NCBI GenBank assembly: GCA_016215205.1
Contig: JACRKU010000024.1
Span: 4,321 to 68,320 of the forward strand
Source of the DNA: Candidatus Yonathbacteria bacterium
GTDB lineage: Bacteria > Patescibacteriota > Minisyncoccia > Phycocordibacterales > UBA1550
Length of the DNA stretch: 64,000 nucleotides
Reading direction: 5' to 3'
Made by a program: the position numbers and the translations under genes. The notes under the pieces are model-generated. The model saw nothing but the letters and a program-made list of their open reading frames with translations, was not told where the DNA came from and ran no database searches. The stretch's first letter is position 1; every line of letters starts with the position of its first letter. Shown in pieces: positions 38,103 through 48,567 of this stretch.

Positions 38103-40022
38103 TTATCTTATTGCATTTACCATCATGTTCTCTGGTTTTTCATTTTTATAATGATGAAATGAAATAGACTTGTACTTATTTGCGTATTGTTTTGTTAACG
38201 CTGATAACGGGAGCAACTTTTCTCTTGGTAGAGCCGTGTTATAAAAAGGAGTGAAGCAAATCTCTGATGGATAATTTCTCTTCATCCAGTTTGCGTATGT
38301 GTCATAATCAGAAACACACGAGGGCTCCTTCTGATCTATTGTTGACAAATACACCTTATCCCACGTTGCACCATGTAGATCCCCAATACGCTTCTTCATC
38401 TCTTTAAGTCTCTCGCAATCAAAAATCATCATATGCGCTGTATAGGAGAGCGTATTATTGCTTGAGTACCCAAATAATTTTTTAAACGCTCTAAAATACT
38501 GGTCATGCCATTCCTCACTTTGCAAAAATACATCCTTTCCATTTTTAATAAACGAATGTGGTTTAATTAAAATAGTATCAGAATCTAAAATAAAATACTT
38601 TTTTTGTGTTACGAATATGTCTCCTGATAGCTTCAATAATTGCTGAAATATCCACCCGCTTCTATCCTTCCCGTTTACTACATAATTAATAAAATCTTTC
38701 CCGTACCCCAAAACGGAAACCTCATCTACAAAAACATAATTATGCTTTTCGCAAAATTCCAGCATTTCCTTATTTTTTTGAGAGACAATATAGAAATTAG
38801 AAATCTTGTGCTTCAGATTTTCCTTTATAGATTCTATAACTTCCCCAACTAATGTATAGTCTTTTGACACAGTAGGGATAACCACATCAATAATCTCTGA
38901 TTGGGTATGCAAATCAATCTCGTTAAATTCAACCTTAAAAACTTTTCTTATCTTCAAAAAAAGAAAGGCGGAAATGAGAAAAGGGTTCCATTCTCTTGAT
39001 TTGCATAAATTTATAAATACATCAACCTTTTTGATAAATGTAAAAATCATTCCAATACCAGCTTTAAATAAAATTGTTGTCCTTTTTTTTATTCTCATCA
39101 TAATCCCTTTTATGCTCGCGCGTTTTATATACTTTCTATTGTGAAATAATGTCTTATCTTTTTTACGGGCAGGCGTCAAAAAGGCTGCGTAATTTTCGTT
39201 AAGTATGTTTCCTTTTTTCTTTAACTCCTCAAAAAGATTTCGCGAGAAATCCTGACAATCAAACTTCAGGATGAAGTTTTGTGCTTCGGCATTAAACAAC
39301 GACAAGTGCTCTGACAAAATATCCTGCCAATTATAATTTATCTTTCCAGAATCAGATTCCCTAATATAATAGGATTTTTTGTATTGTACCCTGTGCAGAT
39401 ACGAAGCCTCCGGGCAAGTATAAGCAACAAGTCCGCTAGCGAGAAATCTCCATGCAAACCCCTGTGTATCAAAACCGTGTTCCGTGGGGTACCCGCCCGC
39501 AATAACAAAAGCTCTTTTAGTATGCATGAATGTTGAATAGAGAGGGCACATAATTCCATCCTTTTGCAAAAGGCTTTCAAAGGGTATTTTTTCTCCTGCA
39601 AAACTAAAAATATCTACGCGCTCAATATCATTAGTATTTCTCCCCCTAAACTTGATTGATTTATGAATACCCACCCCATCACATTTTTTCTCATTCATAA
39701 ATTTGAACATTCTGGAAAGAGTGTCCTGTGGGAGGATATCATCGCTATCAAGGCAAAAAATAATTTCTGCGCTTGTGTGACTGACAGCGGTGTTCCTTGT
39801 TGCTCCGCCACCTCTATTTTTATCATGGTAAAAAATCTTAATTTCAGAATGCTTATTTGCGAGCTCCTTCATCACCGTCTTTGTGCTATCAGTTGACCAA
39901 TCATCCACCATTATGATTTCAAAATTCCGCAGACCTTGAACATAGCAGGATTCCACTGCCTCCTCAAGAGTTTCAGCGCAATTGAAGCAGGGGATTACTA
40001 TTGAAATATCTTTTTTAGGCAT
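38103..40022 (-). CDS. Two-domain glycosyltransferase (GT2 plus a second GT-A-like domain)
   Basis: VIPCFN, VDDWSTD, LDSDD; C-terminal domain RSGWIFQQLLKL...LDSDT. Confidence 0.78.
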   Translation of the reverse strand: MPKKDISIVIPCFNCAETLEEAVESCYVQGLRNFEIIMVDDWSTDSTKTVMKELANKHSEIKIFYHDKNRGGGATRNTAVSHTSAEIIFCLDSDDILPQDTLSRMFKFMNEKKCDGVGIHKSIKFRGRNTNDIERVDIFSFAGEKIPFESLLQKDGIMCPLYSTFMHTKRAFVIAGGYPTEHGFDTQGFAWRFLASGLVAYTCPEASYLHRVQYKKSYYIRESDSGKINYNWQDILSEHLSLFNAEAQNFILKFDCQDFSRNLFEELKKKGNILNENYAAFLTPARKKDKTLFHNRKYIKRASIKGIMMRIKKRTTILFKAGIGMIFTFIKKVDVFINLCKSREWNPFLISAFLFLKIRKVFKVEFNEIDLHTQSEIIDVVIPTVSKDYTLVGEVIESIKENLKHKISNFYIVSQKNKEMLEFCEKHNYVFVDEVSVLGYGKDFINYVVNGKDRSGWIFQQLLKLSGDIFVTQKKYFILDSDTILIKPHSFIKNGKDVFLQSEEWHDQYFRAFKKLFGYSSNNTLSYTAHMMIFDCERLKEMKKRIGDLHGATWDKVYLSTIDQKEPSCVSDYDTYANWMKRNYPSEICFTPFYNTALPREKLLPLSALTKQYANKYKSISFHHYKNEKPENMMVNAIR

Positions 40023-41064
40023 AATCTTTGTGAATACCAATAACACCTCCAAGACTTTCTAAATCCGCTTTTGTAATTATTTCTACCAATTCATCAAAGG
40101 TCACCTTTGGTTCCCATTTAAGAACTTTCTTTGCGCGAGAACTATCTCCTAGCACACTATTTACTTCATTCGGTCTATAGTATTTTGGGTTAATTCTTAA
40201 AATAATTTTCCCTGAGGAATCTTTAGCAACTTCTTTAAGCCCCTTTCCATGCCATGTTATTTTCATATCAAGAGCGTTTGCTGTTGCATTCACAAAATCC
40301 CTGACCGAATGGCTTTCACCGGTTGAAATAACAAAATCTTGCGGGGTTTTTTGCTGAAGCATCAACCACATAGCCTCAACATAATCTTTTGCATATCCCC
40401 AATCTCGCTTTGCGTCAAGATTACCAAGCTCAAACGAGTCCTGAAGGCCTAACTTTATTTTTACCATTGAATGAGTAATTTTCCTAGTTACAAAGTTTCT
40501 GCCTCGTCGGGGAGATTCGTGGTTGAAAAGAATCCCTGCGCAGATAAAAAAATTATGTCGTTTCCTATATTCAACAACGTAATCATTGTGAGCTTTTACC
40601 TTCGATTCTGCGTATGGACTTACTGGATTAAAAGGAGTTGTTTCTTTTTGTGGTGTTTCAAGCACATTCCCAAACATTTCAGAGGATGATGCCTGATATA
40701 TCCTTACCTGCGGATTTAAGTGAGTCGCCTCGCTAACTAATCTACCAAATCCATTATAATTGACCTCCATGGTTTCTTCTGGACACTGAAAAGAAACTCC
40801 GACTTGAGATTGCGCTCCTAGGTTATATATTTCATCTGGTCTTGATTCTTCTAGCGCTCGGATAATAGAATTATTATCCCTCATGTCACCGTAAATAATT
40901 TTTATCATGCGGTCCAAAGATAACCTCTCAATTCTCATTAATGGATCGGTGCTTGCTGGTCTCACAAGGCCATACACTTTATATCTCTTCTTTAACAAAA
41001 ATTCAGCAAGATAAGAGCCGTCCTGGCCGGTAATGCCTGTAATTAAGGCTCTTTTTTGTTTCAT
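40015..41064 (-). CDS. gmd: Second GDP-sugar 4,6-dehydratase (Gmd family)
   Basis: [42 protein letters not shown]. Confidence 0.88.
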   Translation of the reverse strand: MKQKRALITGITGQDGSYLAEFLLKKRYKVYGLVRPASTDPLMRIERLSLDRMIKIIYGDMRDNNSIIRALEESRPDEIYNLGAQSQVGVSFQCPEETMEVNYNGFGRLVSEATHLNPQVRIYQASSSEMFGNVLETPQKETTPFNPVSPYAESKVKAHNDYVVEYRKRHNFFICAGILFNHESPRRGRNFVTRKITHSMVKIKLGLQDSFELGNLDAKRDWGYAKDYVEAMWLMLQQKTPQDFVISTGESHSVRDFVNATANALDMKITWHGKGLKEVAKDSSGKIILRINPKYYRPNEVNSVLGDSSRAKKVLKWEPKVTFDELVEIITKADLESLGGVIGIHKDYA

Positions 41065-41072
41065 GGGCTTGA

Positions 41073-41774
41073 TTATAGCATTTCAAAAACTATCAAGCCA
41101 ACGCTTTCTGGTGGCTTAACTTCTTTGTATACTCTCCATTTTCCACCCCTCAACAGTATAGGCTTTAGCTCTCTCGTCTTTTCTGTATTCCAATCGTGCA
41201 CCATAAGTATGGTTCCTTTATGGAAAAATGGCAGGAAATAATTATATTGCGAAAGAGTTTGATTACTATCCTCTGCGCCATCAAGAAAGGCGCAATCAAC
41301 ACGTACATATAATTTTATAATTTTATCAAAATCCTGCGCTTTGTCGCCAAACATAAATTCAACATGTTTTGCAACTACTGGTATTTTTTCTGCATAATAT
41401 TTCTTGGCCTTATTATAAAAATATGGATCATTTTCCAGTGTTACAAGATGACCCGACCCAACACTTTCAAAAGCTTTTGAAATAAAATAGGTGCTTCCGC
41501 CTCCAGTGTACGTACCTACCTCAAAACAGTGGCGTGGTTTCTTTTCTTTGATTACATCAAATAATACTTTTCTTTCTGCAATATACATTTGTCCAGGAAG
41601 AGCGAGTGAGCCTTCAAAGAAGAAACGTCTTTTTTTATCCCAAAATGACCTAATAAAAATAAGATAAATAAGCATTTCAAGCACGGTTAACTCATGAAAG
41701 TTGTGCGTAAGTTTTTCCTTGAAGTTTGGCGTTATTTTGAGCCCTTTGATTACAAATAATATTTTGTTTTTCAT
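41073..41774 (-). CDS. Class I SAM-dependent methyltransferase
   Basis: FEVGTYTGGGST, VTLEND, AFLDG, MVHDW. Confidence 0.75.
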   Translation of the reverse strand: MKNKILFVIKGLKITPNFKEKLTHNFHELTVLEMLIYLIFIRSFWDKKRRFFFEGSLALPGQMYIAERKVLFDVIKEKKPRHCFEVGTYTGGGSTYFISKAFESVGSGHLVTLENDPYFYNKAKKYYAEKIPVVAKHVEFMFGDKAQDFDKIIKLYVRVDCAFLDGAEDSNQTLSQYNYFLPFFHKGTILMVHDWNTEKTRELKPILLRGGKWRVYKEVKPPESVGLIVFEML

Positions 41775-41775
41775 A

Positions 41776-42666
41776 TTAATCTTTTGCGTTCCTTATCTTA
41801 TCAGTCCAATAGTCCATATACAATAGGGCCTGATTTGAACCCTTTTTTATGTTTTCAAATTTATTCTCAATATCCTTTTCACTAAGACCGTCTAGATCAT
41901 GCCAATCTTTGACCAACCAAAGAGGTATTCCCAGTTTTTCAAAATAATCTATTGTTACAGAACTTTTTACCACCGGTACAACGCCGAGATACAAAGCATC
42001 CCACGTCCTATGCCCCTCCACGCACGAACCAGGCGGTGAAGCAACAAATTTATAGGTTGCGAGCAAGCATAAATAATTATAAAAATTAAGCCATCTCTTA
42101 ACAGTCTCCGCTAGTGGATTACTTTTTAAAACATCCAGTGCCACTTGTCTTTCGTTTGTATTTGTTGACACAGTGAAACCGTAAAAAATACGGTTCATTT
42201 TAGTAATTTGTTTTTTAGTTACATTATTAAATATTGCGGGGATCCCCGTAACATACCAATGCTTATTTTCGATTCCTAGCGGAATAGGGACAACTCTTGG
42301 ATCAACTACTAAAACATTTATACCATACCATTTTAAAATTTTATCATCTGAAAGATCCAGTACTTCCTGACCTACAACAGCATCACCATTGTGGGTAATT
42401 AAAATGTAGGGATGTTTTATCTCTGGGTGAATCTCCGTAAGAAATTTTTTTATCTTACTATCACCAACAAAAACAATGTTTCTTTCTTTTATATCCGCAG
42501 GATTAAAAGTTTTAAGATCGTCATATACATAGTCTGCAAAGTTGCGAAAACCGTCACCCGTCACATATGGATAACTTGATGGCCGCGGGTTAGATGAATA
42601 CTTTATTAAAATACGCCCTGCAATGCGGTATATACGAAAGATGAGGTCAAGTAATTTCTGTATCAT
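41776..42666 (-). CDS. Putative glycosyltransferase (exostosin/GT47-like C-terminus)
   Basis: LITHNGD, PIPLGIEN, YKFVASPPG...HRTWDALYLGVVPVV. Confidence 0.6.
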   Translation of the reverse strand: MIQKLLDLIFRIYRIAGRILIKYSSNPRPSSYPYVTGDGFRNFADYVYDDLKTFNPADIKERNIVFVGDSKIKKFLTEIHPEIKHPYILITHNGDAVVGQEVLDLSDDKILKWYGINVLVVDPRVVPIPLGIENKHWYVTGIPAIFNNVTKKQITKMNRIFYGFTVSTNTNERQVALDVLKSNPLAETVKRWLNFYNYLCLLATYKFVASPPGSCVEGHRTWDALYLGVVPVVKSSVTIDYFEKLGIPLWLVKDWHDLDGLSEKDIENKFENIKKGSNQALLYMDYWTDKIRNAKD

Positions 42667-43553
42667 AGTCCTTTTATTAGTAATGTAACATAGCGTGCCA
42701 CTTTATTATAAAATATGACGACTCTAATTAGTTTTTTATAAATAAAAACAGGAATGTATTCTCTTATTCCTGTACGAAAAGCTAACTTCCAATGTGGTAT
42801 TTCAACCGTGGAAGCCACTGGTCTAAGAACTCTTTTGGAATAGAGATCTCTTGACTGAAGAGAGTAACCTTCACCACCGTCATCAATTGAGGCAAAGAGC
42901 TCATATTTTGGAATAGCGTAATGAATGGGCAACCACTGAACCTCTTCTGCTCCCTTTTCAAAATCAAGAGGTGTTTTTTTGGGATAGCTCCGCAATACTG
43001 GAGCGCCTCTTTTAATAATTTTTTTAAATAGGCTCGTTGCGAATATGCCAAGCATGCTTATTATGTAAGCTGAGTATTTTTCATTTATTCTATGATTTGC
43101 TTCTTGATCAAGAATAAAGCTGAAAATATTTTTTGATTCCTTCTTTTTTACATCACGATAAATTTCCAATGGTCGACCAGAAAACCACCAAGAATGAGTC
43201 AAATACTCTGCCCCCGTTGATTTCATCTCACTAATAATCTCCTTATACCTAGTAACATCCACCTGATTTACATGATCTTCAACCCAGAATAAGATGAAAT
43301 CTGTATCAATAATATCGATCATTTGTTTTGTATCATCGAACCACCCTTCTTTGCTATCAAGTGCATAAGAAATTAACTTTTGTTTCAAATTGCTGCGCAA
43401 AAAGATCATTGCATCTTCTTTAAATTCCCCCCTAATATTAATTACCCATTTCTGAGCCTCTATATCTTTAAATGAAAGGAAGGAGTCTTTCATTCTTAAA
43501 AACCGCTCTTCGTCGTTAACATAAAAATTAGCGAAGATGCTTAGAGTTGCCAT
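42663..43553 (-). CDS. Hypothetical protein, possible GT-A glycosyltransferase
   Basis: Operonic ORF; ILFWVEDH resembles a DxD-region variant. Confidence 0.5.
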   Translation of the reverse strand: MATLSIFANFYVNDEERFLRMKDSFLSFKDIEAQKWVINIRGEFKEDAMIFLRSNLKQKLISYALDSKEGWFDDTKQMIDIIDTDFILFWVEDHVNQVDVTRYKEIISEMKSTGAEYLTHSWWFSGRPLEIYRDVKKKESKNIFSFILDQEANHRINEKYSAYIISMLGIFATSLFKKIIKRGAPVLRSYPKKTPLDFEKGAEEVQWLPIHYAIPKYELFASIDDGGEGYSLQSRDLYSKRVLRPVASTVEIPHWKLAFRTGIREYIPVFIYKKLIRVVIFYNKVARYVTLLIKGL

Positions 43554-43556
43554 ATT

Positions 43557-44702
43557 TTACCAGAAAGTCACCTGTGGGTTTATATTCTCAAGAATATCTT
43601 TTTTAATTTCTTCATCATAACCCCCTGCCCTCAAAATCACATTTACTGGACCCTTGTTTTTGAGTACCCTAGGCGATTCTATCACAAAATTAGTACCGTA
43701 CAATCTTTTACCTTGCTTAATTGGGCTATTATCTAAAATAGCGATAATTTTATCAGTCTTGAGCCCAAATTGAATTAAGGTCTGTGAAAATATATGCGCC
43801 CCAAATAAATAAATTGGTTGATCACTTTTTTCTATTAAACTATTCAGATCACTAATCATGTCGAGATGGTAGTTTATATAACCCATAAATACCTTCTTGT
43901 ACTCCTCGTACTTATTCTCTATTGAAGCTGGTGCAAGCGGAACATCAGTTTTTTCTGTAGCATAAAATATACTATGGGGGTCTCCGTAATATTGCTTTTC
44001 CAAAATAACAAAACCGTATTTCTCTAGTATGTATTCCGTAAAGTATTCAGTTAAAAAAACTGTATGCTCAAAATTTATGCAATTTGTCCAGTTTAATTTG
44101 AGCATCGGCATAAGGTTAGGAAATGTGAAGATATGTTTGTCTCCATTTTTCATAAACTTTGAGATATGCTCGATAAAAACTATCGGATTATATGTATGCT
44201 CAAATACATGCGAATGAATAATTGTATCAAAATGTTCATCTATGACAAATTTATCATCAAACCAAGCCTTGATAACTTTTATTTGCGGATCGTCTATGTG
44301 TTCAGGGTTCGGCTCAACTATGGTCCATTTTATATTTTGATCAAGCGCACGATAATTTCTAGCTATCTGGTCGTGGGCTCCCCCTACTTCTAATATATTT
44401 TTCGGTTTATATTTATGAAGAAATTGCGCGAAAGCAGTATAATGCTCTTTCCATATTTTACCAGTGCCATCATTGTGCTGATTCTTGTATAAGATTTCCA
44501 GAGGGATTAATTTTCGGAGCTGGATCAATCCAGTATCCTTACAAATGTCCCAAATCATATCAGCTACGATGTCCTCATCTTCTGGACTATCAACGCACCC
44601 CATAAACACAGGGAAATTCTCAAGTGTGTGCAAGTGCTCTAAATTATCCCCGCTGGCAAGCAAGCTTTTTGTTCTTTCATTAAACGTAGCGAGTTTTTTC
44701 AT
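43557..44702 (-). CDS. NDP-sugar C-methyltransferase-like SAM protein
   Basis: LIQL..LIPLEILY, LEVGG, HSHVFEH, FEHTVF, YLFGA, LDNSPIKQGKRLYGT. Confidence 0.72.
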   Translation of the reverse strand: MKKLATFNERTKSLLASGDNLEHLHTLENFPVFMGCVDSPEDEDIVADMIWDICKDTGLIQLRKLIPLEILYKNQHNDGTGKIWKEHYTAFAQFLHKYKPKNILEVGGAHDQIARNYRALDQNIKWTIVEPNPEHIDDPQIKVIKAWFDDKFVIDEHFDTIIHSHVFEHTYNPIVFIEHISKFMKNGDKHIFTFPNLMPMLKLNWTNCINFEHTVFLTEYFTEYILEKYGFVILEKQYYGDPHSIFYATEKTDVPLAPASIENKYEEYKKVFMGYINYHLDMISDLNSLIEKSDQPIYLFGAHIFSQTLIQFGLKTDKIIAILDNSPIKQGKRLYGTNFVIESPRVLKNKGPVNVILRAGGYDEEIKKDILENINPQVTFW

Positions 44703-44713
44703 ACACCGTTGTA

Positions 44714-45106
44714 CTACTTCTGCTTGTGTTCGCTTTCAATCTTTCCATCAGGTCTTTGTGTATCATCCTCAATACGAACGACATCATCAACTTCTGGTGT
44801 TGAAACTTCCTGAAGAACAATGTCCGTTATTGCAATAACTCTATGCTTTTTTGGTGGAGCAACATTGAAAAAATCTCCTGCCTTCATCTGGAATTTTTCC
44901 ACAACGCCCTTATCGTTTTCTAGCCAAACCTCTGCTTCACCATCTATAATATAATTGGTTTCTCTTTTTTTATTATGATACTGGAAGCTTGTTCTCGTGC
45001 CCGCATTTATATAAATTCGCTTGTAGCAGTAGGAATCATTTAACTCAAGCCAAATTTCCTTCCCCCATGGTTTTGAAACCTCCTTAAACGGATTATTCTT
45101 GTACAT
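44714..45106 (-). CDS. Cupin (sugar-phosphate isomerase-like)
   Basis: KPWGKE, TSFQYHNKKRET, KHRV, EVSTPEVDDVVRIEDD. Confidence 0.8.
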   Translation of the reverse strand: MYKNNPFKEVSKPWGKEIWLELNDSYCYKRIYINAGTRTSFQYHNKKRETNYIIDGEAEVWLENDKGVVEKFQMKAGDFFNVAPPKKHRVIAITDIVLQEVSTPEVDDVVRIEDDTQRPDGKIESEHKQK

Positions 45107-46112
45107 AATGATTAATTACATCTGATATAATGTTTATAATTGACTCCTTTATATCCTCACGCTTAGCCAGCTCTTCAATTAGAAACATGTACTCTGGTGA
45201 GGCAAAATGATAATGTCCAGCAATAACAGAGCATAACATTTTATTGTCAGGAGTATTTTTATTCATCCATTTTTTCCATTTGCCGCCTTGATAAACTTTT
45301 TCTAAGAAATTATCTAATGATATTCCGTAAACAAGACATTTTGTTATAACAATTTGTGTTTGAATAACGCCAAGCTGTGGAGCGATATTTACGGCGTCAA
45401 CAATTCCGCCCCTCATCTTAATTTCATCCTTAGTTAGGTAGTCGGCGTTGTGCTCCTTTAATTTGAGCCCCTTGCTCTTGAGCATTCTTGATACATTTTC
45501 AACAAATGGCTTATTAAACGACCCAGCTTGATTAATTTCTTTAATTACTGTGCCGGTCTGAACCACATAAAACTCTGGTTCACAAAAACTTTTAAAGAAA
45601 TCAATCTCCCTCTCCCATTCAGCTAAATTGGGAAGACTGTAATTTGTTCCTGTATTCTCATCGGTACCTATCTCTATTTGAATAGATGGTTTCAATGATA
45701 GACAATGTAAAATTGCTTTTTTAGTTGCCTCTAACCTTTCACTATTTGTTCCTTTGAAATGACAAAAATCTATGTGAATTAAGTCAAAGCCGTTCTTAAT
45801 ATCATCCTCGATTGTTGAGTATGTATCTGTAATATCATAATTACCATTAAAACCTGGGCCACAATGGTCTCGGCAGATTTTAACCTCAGCATTTGGATTT
45901 TGCTTCCTCACCTCTCCTACAAACTCCATATATTCTTTAGTCGTCCAGTTATTTACATACCCTCCAGAATAATCTACTTGGTTTTTAGATGCAATAAGCA
46001 TCAGTGGTTTCCGGTTAAAATGGGAATACCTGAACACCGCCTCGACAATCTCTGGGCTCATCGGCCCAAGCGCTAAGGAAACTAAATTTTTGTTGTTTTT
46101 AACAGGTGTCAT
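45093..46112 (-). CDS. GatZ/KbaZ-like TIM-barrel (ketose-phosphate epimerase/aldolase family)
   Basis: LIASKNQVDYSGGY, RDHCGPG, IHIDFC, IEIGTDE, KEHNADYL, NIAPQLG follow the order of GatZ motifs. Confidence 0.65.
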   Translation of the reverse strand: MTPVKNNKNLVSLALGPMSPEIVEAVFRYSHFNRKPLMLIASKNQVDYSGGYVNNWTTKEYMEFVGEVRKQNPNAEVKICRDHCGPGFNGNYDITDTYSTIEDDIKNGFDLIHIDFCHFKGTNSERLEATKKAILHCLSLKPSIQIEIGTDENTGTNYSLPNLAEWEREIDFFKSFCEPEFYVVQTGTVIKEINQAGSFNKPFVENVSRMLKSKGLKLKEHNADYLTKDEIKMRGGIVDAVNIAPQLGVIQTQIVITKCLVYGISLDNFLEKVYQGGKWKKWMNKNTPDNKMLCSVIAGHYHFASPEYMFLIEELAKREDIKESIINIISDVINHYVQE

Positions 46113-46130
46113 AATCGTGATATTTTATCA

Positions 46131-47725
46131 TTATTTAAGAGATTTATTAAGCATATTTCTTCCTAAACTATGCAGTAACGTATCAAACGGCGCATTATGA
46201 AGTGGCGCCATATTAAGAAATATTAACGATGTGAGAATATTTACTTTTTTAACATCAAATTTATTGTCACGCAGAAATTGCTCATAATGCTCTTTTACCT
46301 CTAATAAATCACTTTTAATGAAGAAGTTATAGCATGCATTATCATCACAAATACTGGAGGAGAACATCCCGTCTTTAATTAGCGGGTAAGACAAAATCAT
46401 GCCACCATATAGTTTTGCTAGATCATAATACAAGTCCCCAAAATCAGTGAGTCCGCCAAACTCATGTCGCCAGTCAATTAGTAAAAATTTCTCTTTGTCT
46501 GAATGTGGGTTTCTGGGGATAAGGACATTATCAAATTGTAAATCACCATGAAAATTAGCTGGTACGCCATTTGTTATATAATCCCAATCAATTTTGCTTA
46601 ACAGTTCATCTGTTGTTGGTATCTCTATTCCATTAATAAACCTGCTTTCCTCAGTTGTGCCAATTTTATCATAGAACATTTGCAGTCGCTTTTTTGTCTT
46701 CGTGTAATAGAAGTCATAGCAAGCTTTAGTAAACTTATCCCTATCCTTGTCTGATAAGCTAACCTCTTTCCATAAGTATTTTTTTGCCCACGAAAGGAAA
46801 TCTGTTGCTATTTTGGGATCCAGAACACTATAGACAGTTTGACCATCAACGAGAAGGTACGAGTAAAAATTATTTCTATACCCCTCAACAACTGGCGTCA
46901 ATCCTCGGAGTGCATTGTTTGCGCGATAATTTCTTTTTTCAGCTACTGTTTTATCAGAAAAAAACTTAATCACACGATTATTCACAAAATATAAAAATTC
47001 ATCTTCTTTGCTAAAATTAAATTTTTTCTCCTCACCAGAAAAATTTTTATTTGTTTCATCGTATTTTGAATCAGAACCAGTGTCAAACCATGTAAAACCG
47101 ATAGGTACTAATCTCCTCTCGAGAAGACCCTTAAGCCCATCTGTCATCTGCAATTCATTGTCTCGAAGTTCTCTGTTTTGCTCTAGTGCTGAAAAAACTC
47201 TTTGTAGTCGTGAATACCAGCGAGACCAATAAAGGCAAACTTGTTATCTGTTTTAATCTTTGTATCGAGTTGATAGATAAGATTATTTTTCATTTTTATT
47301 GTGCAATAAGCCTCTGTTTCGCGCACGGGGGCAACACCAATCCAGTTCTCTTCTGGTAGTGGGACATCTTCAAGTACCATCGTGTCTGCGGTAGAAAAAA
47401 TAAACGGGCAATCTAAATATTTTTTACATGCAAGAAGCGAGTACCCAGGCCCGCTACCTGGACCTGTATATTTATCAACTTCAACAAAATTAAAAATTCT
47501 GTCTGGGTAGGCGAGTTTTAGGTAATCAATAACAGTATCTTTCTTGTGACCAACTGCTATTACTATCTCTGTATCAACTGGAAATTTCTCAATAATATAC
47601 GAAATAACTGCTTTATTATTTATTGGCAAGATACCCTTATTGATAGACTCGGAAAAATGACCCATTCTAGATCCTACTCCAGCTGTTAAAATACATACCT
47701 TATATTTTTCATCTTTATCTTTCAT
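46131..47725 (-). pseudogene. Frameshifted nucleotidyltransferase-phosphotransferase (choline/APH kinase-like) fusion
   Basis: ORF 47183-47725 (ILTAGVGSRM NTase) and ORF 46131-47153 (WFDTG NTase tail, then HGDLQFDN, LIDWR, YDLAKL kinase) join if the T6 run at 47192-47197 is T7: EFF-SALEQNRELRDNELQMTDG. Confidence 0.75.
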
Positions 47726-48555
47726 ATTTCTTTAAGAATGTCTTTTACATACTTTGTCATCATTTTAAGTGGCGCTTTTTTGCCCGTATACAATGTGAAC
47801 TGTTCAGCCGCTTGATAGACGGCCATTTCATATCCGGAGATTATTATTTTCCCTTCTTTTTTTGCTGTTTTTATAAGCTTAGTATGAATTGGTGACACCA
47901 CAACGTCCATTATAGCATGGTAGTTTTTTAGTTCATCCTTATCAATAATCATATCTTGGACTAATGGAGTCATACCTACTGGTGTTGCATTTATGAGTAT
48001 GTCGGCCTTTATTTGCTTGCGCGCATTACTTGGACAATATTTTATGCCAAATTTTTTTGAAATTATGCGAGCCTTTTTCTCGTCTCTATTTGATAGTGTT
48101 ATTTCCTTACATTGACCCCTTTTAAGAGCTACTATTATTGCCCTTGATGCGCCACCTGCTCCAATGATGTGGGCAGTTTTACCCTTAATTGGATAGTATT
48201 TTTTAAGGGCCGTTTCTACGCCAACGACATCGGTATTATGTCCGGTAAGGACGCCTTTTTTATTCACAATAGTATTTATAGCTCCAATTTCTTTTGCGAC
48301 AGTGGTTACTGCGTCTACATATTTGTGTACGATTGTTTTATGCGGCATTGAGACACCGCAACCACGAATATCTAGCGCGCGTATTCCCAATATTGCCTTA
48401 TTTAAATTATCAGGAGTGACACGAAATGGTTTATAAATAAAATCAAGAGACAGAGACTTGAAAGTTCTATTAAAAATAAGGCTCCCAAAATTTCCAGGAG
48501 CAGACGCAATTGAAATGCAGAATTCCGTATTTTTTGTAATCTTAATATTTTTCAT
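47722..48555 (-). CDS. Shikimate dehydrogenase (AroE)-family oxidoreductase
   Basis: GCGVSMPHK, GAINTIVN, GHNTD, IGAGGASRA, INATPVGM, QAAEQFTLYTG. Confidence 0.85.
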   Translation of the reverse strand: MKNIKITKNTEFCISIASAPGNFGSLIFNRTFKSLSLDFIYKPFRVTPDNLNKAILGIRALDIRGCGVSMPHKTIVHKYVDAVTTVAKEIGAINTIVNKKGVLTGHNTDVVGVETALKKYYPIKGKTAHIIGAGGASRAIIVALKRGQCKEITLSNRDEKKARIISKKFGIKYCPSNARKQIKADILINATPVGMTPLVQDMIIDKDELKNYHAIMDVVVSPIHTKLIKTAKKEGKIIISGYEMAVYQAAEQFTLYTGKKAPLKMMTKYVKDILKEI

Positions 48556-48567
48556 AACAATCAATTA

